A DNA stretch of 60,452 nucleotides, counting the filler, from Sluysia triapertura (Eukaryota), in NCBI GenBank assembly GCA_046118255.1. It is 4 parts of 4 records of this genome, joined end to end, with 100 filler letters (N's around TTAATTAATTAA, not from the genome) between each part and the next. Parts side by side here need not be neighbours in the genome. Positions count along the whole stretch, not along the records: positions 46,416 to 60,452 come from JBJNIA010008435.1; 3 more parts are not named here. One strand, written 5' to 3'. Position numbers and translations under genes: made by a program. The notes below the pieces were generated by a model. It was not told the origin of the DNA. It did no database searches and was given only the letters and a program-made list of their open reading frames with translations. Positions 49,221 through 60,452 of this stretch are shown here, piece after piece. Positions within the stretch are counted from its first letter, which is position 1, and every line of letters starts with the position of its first letter.

Positions 49221-52200
49221 ATGTCAAAAATTTATTTTTAGTTAAAATTCGTATATAAAAAATAATTAATTTTATTTTACTTTAGACTGGAAATAATTCT
49301 TACCTGTTGTATACCATTAGAATTAATATCTCCAGGATTGTTATTAATGTGAAAATATCCCAATGTTTTCTCAAAATTATCAGTATCGTTATTACGAAAT
49401 TTTGAAAAAAGTTTCATAAAGAGCACACAAATAAAAATTATTTTAAAGTTTTATCTCTGAAATTAAAGACTTAGTGAACTGACAAATAATTTAATATTTT
49501 TGGAAATAATTTATTGAATCCTTAAATTTATTTAGTTAATGCAGTTCCAGAGTTTGTCGTGACTAAAGTTCAATATGTAGAGATCAAATGTGTAATCAAA
49601 GCATGTAAAACATCAAATTCATCTAATCTAGTATAACAATAATAATTACAAAAGGCCTGAAAACTTAAAAGAATCAATTAACACTTAATGCCCTGCTCCT
49701 CATTAACACTGACTGGGTACGTAAAGTTTTCCAAAAAAAATAGTCGGCGTTTTAAATGTTAATGCATATTAGTATATCAATATTACCTAAAAATACAATC
49801 AATTGTAGTTTAATAGTTTGTAGTACAAAAAATCAATATTTTATGCTTTAATATGTTAACTGAAAGTTTTGTATAGATTATTTTTAAAAAGTACAGATTT
49901 TAAATATTTTATGTACAAAACAAAAATTAATAATTTAATTGGAATGCACAAATAAATCAGTGCATGAAAATGCAAATAAAAATATAAACAAATTTTTGGA
50001 ATTACACAAGTTTCACATAATCTTTACAATTATCAATGCAAGATTCACTTTCGCGATTGCTGAAGGGTTAACAATTAGTTTCTGACATGAATTTTAATTG
50101 TAATCAAAACAATCAATTTACAAAAAAACGTAGGTTGACTATATCGTCACAAACTCCCCATTTTCTTTATTTTATTTCAAATATCTTCACAAGTTATTTT
50201 CGTAAAATAAAAACGCAAACATCAACATTACCTTCAACATCTCATTACATAGATTGTGAACTCTTTCTAGATTCTATAGTAACAGTTTTGTTATATGAAA
50301 TCAGATTCACTCGCCATTATGCTACTTTCAAACATCATTCCTTTAGCTGATTTACATTTTTCATCTCTTTATACTTTAATTATATGGCTTTCTAAGTGCA
50401 TCCATTTTAAAAAATATCAATGAATGCATTCAACATTATGCACACTTTAACAACCTCATCTTTCAATATTACTTTCAATACTAATAATCACTGTTTACTT
50501 TCAGTCTTAAATATGGTTAAACATCGTAATTTATTTGGTCCATTTTAATTTAAAAATTACACTTAAATTTAATTTCGCTTTTATATTAAATATTAATAAT
50601 ATAATAATAAAACTTAATATTATTAATTATTATTAAATTAAAGCTCCTGTAGGAGCCATTAATGACATTATTTTACAACGTAATTTAACTAATCCATATT
50701 TCATGGGGATTAACTTATGACTTAAAAGGTAGTAGTAGTTTTTGGAAAACATATTTGAGAACGTATTGTCAAAATATATTCAACAGAAAGTTCAAGTACC
50801 TGTTCTACAAACAAATGCCAAACCTTCTGTTTCAAGGAATGATAAAAATTGAGCATATCAAATAATTCTTCATCGAATAATTCATATATTATATAAATTC
50901 GAAATCATTAATTAATATAAAGAATGAACAGGTACAAAGTGAGGTATTCTCTTTTAAAAAGCAAACTACTTGTTCGGGGTTTGATTTTTATAATAAGCAT
51001 TTTCATAGACTAAATTTTCTCTTTTTTGTTATAGATGTTATATAAATTGATATCATAACGTATTTTTGTATCTTATTTTGATATGTAAATATTCCAGTAA
51101 AATTCAAAGTAAATCTAATAGTAAAATGGAATTTGAAAAAAATTAAGTATATTATTGAAAGATTAAAATTAAATAAAACAGTGAAAATAAAAGAAAACAT
51201 AATAGAAAAGGTGAAAATGAAAATAAGAGTAAGATTAAAAGTGATAATTAAGATTTATTGCAAAAAAATACTGGTCTAAGTCATTCGTTCTAGTTTCGAA
51301 ATATTGTAATTATTGTCTCAAACACTATATAACATAATACATTAACCTATAAAAGCGTAAGGTGGAAACAAACATATAAAGAGACTATTGAAATAACAGA
51401 AACAGTGTGGCAAAAACAGCAACACATAATTATAACAATTTAATATTACCATGATAATTATTACAATTTGGACGATACGAAAATTATAAGTGCTTATTAT
51501 TGTAGCAACAATTATGATAACAATAACCATAAGTTTACGTTAATTTTGCATTATGACTGTGTTTATGTTTTGAATGAAATGAGTAACCTGTTTAGTATTT
51601 TATTTAAGAAGTGTCGATTTGTGATGAAATGTGTTTGTGATTGTGTTGCATAGATGTGGAGCACTGCATGTACAAAATCTTAGAAAAAAATATTTTCTAT
51701 TTATTTTTTAAATTGATTCTTATCCGATTTTACATTTGTGTATAACATTCTATTTTAATTTCATTTCCTTAAATGACATTAATTTGTAGTTGTTAATTCC
51801 TTAATTACATATAGATATGAATTAAGGTTAGTACGATAAGAAATTAAAATAAAAGAAATTAAATCATCTTCAAACATTTTTAAAATTACGGTAATTGAGT
51901 AGATAAAGAATTATTTGAGAGCAATAAAAGATTTATAAGAATTATAATTATATAAAAATAAGCTTATAACAAAACTACGTCTTTGTTCTAAATACTTAAT
52001 TACTTAAGTGTTTGTTTATTACAAAAATCCTATAGGTAGGTAAATCCATCGTGTTTTAATTTGCCTGGTGAGTAGAATTTAATCTGTATTTATGTAAATA
52101 AAAGTGTTTACGACTTGAATTTCAAACATAATCTTTTGGTCTGACTGTGCTTTTGTTTATATTCTTCCATAGAAATTCAATGCATTGTATTAAAAGTACC

Positions 52201-53367
52201 AATTAATTTTATTTGTGTTATTTGTGATTTATATGATTAGCTAAATATTGATAAACCCTGAAACATACATATAGACATAATTTTTTTGCAAAAAGTTGTC
52301 ATAGCTGCAAACCCATTAAGTAATTCACTTTGGTCGAGTGTACAGATAAAACACTAGTAATGTTTTCACTTAATCCGTAATTTTTGCTATTCGCTAATTA
52401 AGTATAGTAAGTTTTAATCTATTTGTCGAGATATCTCTTTTTCAATTTCGGATTTTCAAGCTCTCTCACTGAATTCATCGAAAAAACCAGAGCTTTTATA
52501 ATAATTAAATAATACGTTCACTGTCCATGTATCATATATGATTCATATTCGGTTTTCAGTTTTTCATTTATAAAGAACATAACTAGTTTGATCATTGAAA
52601 CATAAGCTTTCAATATATTCAACACAATATTTTATTTCGTACCATTTTCGTCGAAATTTTAAGATAAATACCCTACACAAGAAAAAGAAAAATTCGTACT
52701 TGAGAGACATATTTATCAGACACAACGCTCATGCCATATTGTTTGATTCATTAAATAGTCGGATTAAAATATTTTTATCATATTAACTAGAATATTTGCT
52801 AAATACTTTGTTTTTATATCATAATATGGCAAATGTAACATTTTAATCATTTTTGTAACATATTTACAGACACTGCATTCAAAAAAGATTTACAATACAA
52901 ATATGAGAATTTTATAATAAATTAACAAAAATAAAACTAATACATCTTAGTAATTTTACAAAACTATCTCAGTAGCTTTACAATAAACATCTAAATCAAA
53001 GAAAATAAAATGAAAAATAAAATAATATCCACGAAAAAATTAAGGCAACAAAGTAAGCAATAGTAAATTCCGAATAAGAAAAGATGCCTCTCGATCTCTC
53101 ACCTTCATAATCATACAATTATGTTACAGAACATCTTTCAAATTCACAATATTGTAACATTTTTTCTCGAATCTTTACGTTGATCATCAACCAACTCCTC
53201 TAAAACACTAAAATCCGTGAAACTAAATTAATCCTTACAATTGATATAAAATAAATTTAATTTGTATAAATTAAAATAAAACAAATTAAATTCAATGTCC
53301 ATAAATTGAAGCGCAATTTTCAAACCAAAACTAGTGAAATAATTACGTAGAATTGCATAATAATAAC

Positions 53368-56300
53368 CTTTTCAACTTCTTTTTCATTATTTAATTCCGG
53401 TAATTGATCTAGTTTACTAGGATCTCTGTTTTGGTTTTCTGATTCCACATCTTGATGAAGATGCTTCTCGCTATACGTTAGTGCAGGAGTTAAAAGAATT
53501 TCACCACGTTTACAATGCACATCACGCAGTGTGATAAATAATTTGTTTAATTCATAAGCATCTTCGTAAGCCTAATAAAAATAAAAGGTTTTTTACTGAC
53601 AAATATGAAATAGAACAAATCTATCAAAAAAGCGTCTCAAATTAGTAACATTGTTATAATCAAAAATCGTTGTGACTAAATATTTATGTTTGATAAGCAT
53701 CAAATCTATACCAAATAATAAACATTTACATACCAATCTTTATAAAAGTTCAAATTTAAATTTTTGCTACGTAAATCAATAAATGCATAATAGTTTATAT
53801 AAAGCATATTTGCACATCACTGTGATCTGTGCTATATGGTAAATTTAAATTAAAATTCATTAATTTCTGTATCAAAGTAAATAATGCATATTTAGTATTA
53901 AAAACAATATAAGGCCCATGAATTACTTTATTTATAAAAGATGTAGTTCAAATATGTAAGACTGTGATGTGAATTAATGAATGTTGTAGAAAATATGATA
54001 CAAAATAAACAACTCTAACTAAAACACTAACTTGTGAATGAATACTGGAAGCAGTACGAACATGTTTTAAAACTGCAAATACATCCTCTTGGAGTCGATC
54101 GAGCCGTTTATAACGATGACGCATTAAATCCCCACGAATCTTTATCAAATTCAGGCGACACTTTTCTCTAATTAAACTCTGGCCACTGGTTGGATAATCT
54201 CCTATTGGAGTACGAATTACTTCTTCGCCATCTACATCATTAACACTATCCACCAAATAACGGCCATCTTCATCTCGAAATTCGTAAAACTGGCTAAACA
54301 AAGTTTCTAAAATCGATTGTATTGTATCTTGAATACTGGGTGGATCGGAAAGATTTTCATCGTCTTTCATTAAGAAAGCTTTTTTGGCCAATGTAACTCG
54401 TTGAAGAATAAGAGCATCCTAAATTTATTATGTTAACTTAATAAAAATAATTACAAAAACTATGTTCCTATAAGGAACATGGAAAAAATTTGCCTTTAGA
54501 ATTAATATTTAAAATTCGTTCGATCTTAACTTAATAACGTCACTGTTAAACTGTGTCCATATTTTATTTTCATTACAAAACAAATTTTTATCAGACAATG
54601 AAATTAAATATTATACTTTGCCACCCAATAACTAGATTCGACTAAATCATCCAGGACGCTTATAAACCACATTATAAATCGAATAAGTGTAAGTGTAATC
54701 TAGGAAAACAAAATATGTTATAATAGGAAAAAATATGTCCATTAGGATAATCTGAAGCAATATACCAAAATCGTAATCTGACTACACGGAATATGTTGTA
54801 AATCTTCTATAATGAGATTTATCTTGAATGCATATTTGACTGTTAAGGGAATATTTTCATTTTCATACATCGTAACAAACAAATAATTAAAAAAGTAAGG
54901 ATAAAGGTATCACAAACCGAAAATATTTGAGATTCAGGTTCATTAAATCGACATGCATTGTCGAACATCAAGTTTAAATCTGACATTAAATCTTCCACTG
55001 TCATATAACGCTCATTGTTAATTCGATGTTGTATTGTAGACAATTCAATCGGTTTTCGAATATATTCATAGTATTCGGGTAATTCTTGCTTGGACGGCAA
55101 TTTGACGAACGGTTCTGATAAAATTCGGTTTTTGTAATCTCGATATTCTTTGATAGTCTGAAATATTTCTCTGATACGATAAAATGGAGTGTGATAATCT
55201 ATAGGTGTAACAAATGAAGAAATCGATGTAGTGGGACTCATTGAAGATGTCGATTTAAAACCAGCTGCTTCTAATCTGAATTAATCGTAAATTGTATAAT
55301 TATTTGTAATGACTACTTGAGTCTATTTAGAGTTTTAAGTGTAAAATAAAGATTACAAATACTTTCGGTTTAGCAAAAATTGATTTTATTTAATACAATA
55401 TATTTCAAAAAAATGAACGAATAATGTTAATATATTATATATTTTGACAAATGATATTATGAACATCGATTAAAACGTTAAATTCACTTAAGAATGTTCT
55501 TTAATACTAAAAGTACCTATTCATACCATCATCGATCATCAGATTTATTATAATATAATTGTTTTAATAATGTAAATTTATTTGTTTATATATAAAATTA
55601 AGTCATTGTAAAAACAATACAACTTCATAGCATTTTTAAAAGTAAAACGGTCATTTCACCACTCGTGGTAGGTTTAGCGTTAAAGACTTTCAATTTCCCT
55701 TTACAAACAATAAACTTGAAAATTTTCTTTTGCCATAAAACAAGAGTTGAAAAAGTTATATGTTTTTTAAATAAAGAAATTTTATTTGTTTGAAAATAAA
55801 TATATCATTTTATAAAGAAAAGATTTACAATTTTTTGGTTTTCGCTCGTGATATTGATGAAATACTAGCACCGAGTGTTTTAGATTTCTTTTTCACTAGT
55901 TTCTCCAATGTAACTGCATCCTTGTAAACTTGTGAATCTTGTTCATTAAAATGTTTGGCATTACTAAACATTAAATTCAAATCATTGACCAATTCTAAAT
56001 AGTTCGAATATTTTCGATCGTCCACTTTTTTCCGAATCATAGTTAAATCAATTGGTTCGGGAATTACCTTTAATAACAATGAAGAAATTCAATTAAAATA
56101 TATTAGAAATTTTTTATTTTTAATATGAACTTAAACTAATTCAAGAATATTAAATAAAGTTAAATCTAAACAATTGCAAACTCATAAACTTGAAACAATA
56201 TTTGGCGAGAAGTTAGAAATAAAAATAATTGAAATTTCGATACGGAAATCAAATAAGACGCACCTTGAAAGCACCGCAATCAACCTGTGTTTTATAAATT

Positions 56301-58217
56301 AGCAGTAAAATTTGATACATTTTATAGTTCTAAGTGCTTTACAATGTGGTGGCCAACCTTTCACCTTTAATAAATTTTATTAAAACTTTTCCTTTCAACA
56401 TAACACTCACCTTCAAAATATGCCTTTTACATAAAACAATAAATTAAAGCAACACATTGTATATAAAACCATACTTATAAACATTCCCATATTTATCTCT
56501 TTTACACCTACTAAAACATCTTCCTCCGTCAAAATCAATTAAACCCACAATCTCATAACATCCAAACCACCATTACATTCAAAACCATTAAATTACATTA
56601 AAAAATGCATCTAAAATATTTTATTTTCATTTCTTAACAATTCAATCACAAGCACAGTAGAGATCAGTTAACAGGCATCTTCAAAGCAATCTAAACATCA
56701 TAAATTCACGATCTTCTATCATCAAATCCTAACAATCAAACATGACCTTCTATCAAAACACTAATGCACATTTATCACTAATTTTAACATTCATACTGTT
56801 CTAAAATACTCAAGTTATAAGCTTTTACACTTCAATACATATCATTTTAATTCTAGCTCTCGAATATGTTAAGAAATACACAATAAAGAAAGAAAAATCG
56901 TGTAAATTCAAAGTAAAGAAATTTATATTTTTGTTTTGAAATCCAGGCACCTTTTGTACGAAATAATTATATTATTGATTTGTTATTATTTATTGTATAA
57001 AGATATATATCATTCAACAGCATTAAACATTTTAATAATTGGTATCCTAAATTTCTAGAAATTCAGCCACTCTATATATTCTTTAGTTATTTCGTTCCCA
57101 GACAGTGATAGTGTTACTCATCGTCAATATAAATAGTTTGTTCACTAAAATTTTGATTATTTACTGTAAAAAGATTATAAAATGATGTCTATTCTACGAT
57201 CAAGATATTTCGTAAAAAAGGAAGCATAAAAGTCTTTTAAGTGCTACAAGACATATTTCGAATTGTAATACAGATGATAGTGGGGTAGATTGCATTCAAT
57301 AAGATTTAGTATGTGCAAATCGTGTTGAAACGATATTTATTTGTAAAAATTTGTGAACAATTATTTTACAGTTCAACAGCTCATCATCTATTAGATGCAT
57401 TAATCAATAATCCTCTATTTCCTAAAGGAGATTTATTTCATGCTACTAATAGATATTTGATGTTCCTATTACAATTCATTATGTTTAAATTGTAGTTCAT
57501 CAGACTACGATGGAGCTAAAAAATTAAGTGTCAATGTATCCAATGATATTACTTTGCAATGTTACAATCCAATATTTTCAACTATATATAATCTACCGGC
57601 CACAATGTCTATTCCGATTAAATGTTTATATTTAGGTCTTATTCCACCGATAATGTTTTTACCACGTCTTAATCTACACTATATTCGTAATTATAGTTAT
57701 CTTTATCGAGATGTCATATATATGTTTATAGTTAATAACCAGACAAGTTATTTACTTAGTATCCTTACATTACTGGATGTGACAGCAATTGCTGAAATTA
57801 ATTCTTTTCACGTAACCACGACGATCAAAAGTAGAAGGTTGATAATAGAATCCAAAATATTTATGAAAACAACAAATCCCCTCGGTATTGTCAACATGTG
57901 TTTAATATCACATAAGTATAAGTTAAATAAGCAATTAATTCCATGCCTTAATGTTGATATCTGTGGAAAAGAAAATTTTCAATTTGTTTGCACCTCTATA
58001 GATTTCTATACAATAAAGATATTATTTCCTAAGAAAATCACGTAAATGTAACGTTATAACTTGTATGTTAAGTCAAAAACAATTAATCGAGTATCACCTA
58101 CCAATCGTTCCTTTAACTGGTCCTAACTGTCGACAACATATGCTTGGAATCGTGGACACTTTCCTATTCTCATTCCAGTTCAACGTAGCAACGATAGTGA
58201 CTTTCAGGTGATAGTGC

Positions 58218-58258
<41 letters not shown>

Positions 58259-60271
58259 CATTATTATTATTATTATATAATTATCCTTTTTAACTTTGAT
58301 ATCTTTTCACTTAAATTTCTTAGAAGTATCAAGATTATTCGCTCGAAATATGCTCAGAATAAACAAAACCGAAGTAGAAAGTTAAATAATAAAATTTTTA
58401 ATATTGTAAATTGTACATTCTTTGTGCTAATATTTTTTGGTAAATATCTTTTCAAGTTAAACTTATTTAAATGTAAAGTTTTTTTTAATATCTAAAAGTA
58501 TTTCATCACATAAATTAAGAAATGTAAATCATTTAATTAAAAGAAGTAATCTTTCGGTAATTTTAACAATAATTATCACAAAACCAAATGTACATTACCA
58601 CCAAATACGAAATTTTACTTTTTCTTCAAAATTAAGAACATTAAATTTAAGGAAAATTTTTATTCTTTCTTTATGTTTAACAAATAACTTAGGCTTAAGG
58701 CCTTTAATAAAACATGCAACATTTAATCTGAACAATATAACTAAATAAACGAACGAACTTTTATTAAACAAAAAGGCAACTAAAAATAATGAATAAAATA
58801 CATACATGTATAAGCTACATATAAACGTTTCAATGGAATCAGCAATGTATGAGTCAAAATATACGTAAAATCGAACGAAATAGCTGTAAATAGAAATACA
58901 TTTAATTATTCTAGTAGCCTTATTTAATTATTTGGAATTACTGATATACATATACCACAAATTACAAATTAAAAGCTGTACTGCCTACAATTGCATCAGG
59001 AGAACTAATTCACGTTTAAATCTCTTTTGCAATGAAATTATTACTTCAATTTCTTCCATAAATCTATCACATACAACTGATATAACGACTTCAATCGTTT
59101 AAGAATCACTTTTCGGATGAGGTTTAATAATGAGGTATAATAATCTTTACACTGCTGTTCACGAATAACACATTTGGTCTTATTCATTTTATTATAAAAT
59201 TACTCCCACTTAATCAATAGTTTTCAAATATTATTTTATTAAACATAAATTCAACATAAGAAATTAAAAGTTTAAGAATTTTAAATTCGATTCAAAATAA
59301 TGTTTGAAGTTTTAAATTGGTTAAGATAAGTACCAAGGTTCGAGGAGTTGAGTGAATCAACATTATTCATATATCAGAACCATTAAAAAGAATTGCGTCT
59401 AAAACTAAGAAAATATTTACCATTTTTGAATGCAATTCCTCGCTCTGCTTCCAATTTTTTAAAATGTAAATAAATTTAAGGAGTCTAAATTAGCAAAACA
59501 ACAAAAATCGATATAGAAGTTAATGGAAGATTTAAAACTCATCTTAGAAAATAAAAAATATTGTTTTTATGGAATATAAACATTATCTTAAATGTAAGAT
59601 ATATAATATTTCGATGTATTGTAAATTCATTTTTCTTTATCACGAAATGAATTGAAGTCACCAATTTCTTTGTCTACATGTCCTTTGATCATGGCGATAA
59701 TGATATTGATGATTTTACGAAAATATCATCACATTAGACTACTTTGGTGTTTTTGGTACAAATGATAAAGAAACTGGTATAGCATAGCTACATTTGAAGG
59801 CGCTTTTGGTAAAATTTGTATTGCATAATAATTTGCATATTTCGGTTTTCGAATTTGCTTTATTAGTACACGAAATCCCATTACCCATTTAAAACATGAA
59901 ACAAAGTTACAAATCAAAAATCAGACCACGACTTATTTAATAATCGGTAACTTAGAATCAATTTCTTCCAAAAAACTAACTTTATAATATTCGGGATACT
60001 CATTTTTTGATGGCAAAGTCATAAAAATATCTCTCAAAAAACGATTATCTTCTTGATATGTAAAAATAGCTTGATAAAGATTATGAATTCGTTTTTGAGA
60101 TAACTCTTCCGGTGACATGGGTGGCCTAGTTTTTCTTTGCGTCATCAAAGGTGATTGAGGATTGTTGGATGAATAATATTGATTTTGTTGTGATTGTTGC
60201 GGTTGATATGATTGATGTTGTATTGGTGTAGAATGGGAAAATCGCTTTTTTGTATTGTCTCGATTTATATT
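53368..60271 (-). CDS. PBRM1: Polybromo-1 (BAF180), last three bromodomains; 5' part outside window
   Basis: Phase-consistent exons 59981-60271, 55829-56067, 54918-55275, 54032-54418, 53368-53571. Bromodomain motifs FMTLPSKNEYPEYY, FVKLPSKQELPEYYEYIRKPI, NACRFNEPESQI, plus PBRM1-type RYKRLDRLQEDVF and CKRGEILLTPALTY. Confidence 0.92.
56345..58210 (+). mobile_element. Family A copy 4 (older, degenerate), antisense in a PBRM1 intron
   Basis: Left terminus TGTGGTGGCCAACCTTT; AC-rich arm; conserved block ATATGTTAAGAA...AGAAAAATCGTGT...AAGAAATTTAT at 56864-56926 matching 10054-10125, 17636-17705 and 30058-30127; fragmented ORFs 57313-57495 and 57554-58045. Confidence 0.6.
58219..58277. repeat. 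(TAT)n microsatellite
   Basis: Direct reading. Confidence 0.95.
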
Positions 60272-60376
60272 CTAAAAATACAACACAAGGATGATTAATT
60301 TTGTTGTCAATTTATGTTTAATAAAGCAGCGTATAAATTAGTACAAATCTAATGCTATACTAGTGATTCTTAACCG

Positions 60377-60377
<1 letters not shown>

Positions 60378-60436
<59 letters not shown>

Positions 60437-60452
60437 GTTGTTGTTGTTGTTG
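60378..60452. repeat. (ATT)n(GTT)n compound microsatellite
   Basis: Direct reading to window end. Confidence 0.95.

Noticed and set aside
59640-59920. Possible LINE endonuclease remnant (IGDFN) on -
   Set aside because: Single short motif with broken frames; not supportable.

Overview
Very AT-rich eukaryotic (metazoan-type) draft-genome window with GT-AG spliced genes, transposon-filled introns and four assembly gaps. Host genes: a HEAT-repeat (HEATR4-like) gene on + (800-14574, ends unresolved), only the first two exons of a glutamate synthase on - (26166-26701), an RNF220-like gene with no visible RING on - (35081-44015), and bromodomain exons of polybromo/PBRM1 on - (53368-60271). The main discovery is an unclassified repeated element family ('family A'), seen as 4 large copies plus 2 isolated ends. 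Composite layout: TGT(A/G)GTGG left terminus, AC-rich arm, a conserved series of long inverted repeats whose arms co-vary between copies (one is a palindromic CCAAT pair), a 1.5-1.7 kb intronless and very divergent coding region broken once, and a GT-rich arm ending CGGCTGAAC(C)AC(T/C)ACA. No single copy shows both termini, and no transposase or RT motif was recognised. One copy carries an in-frame fragment resembling the start of the CBP/p300 TAZ1 domain. Also present: a second non-autonomous element family (B) carrying an 8-unit heat-shock element, piggyBac/Helitron/hAT remnants, a diverged VAP/MSP fragment and microsatellites. All homology calls are by eye from recalled motifs; no searches were run.
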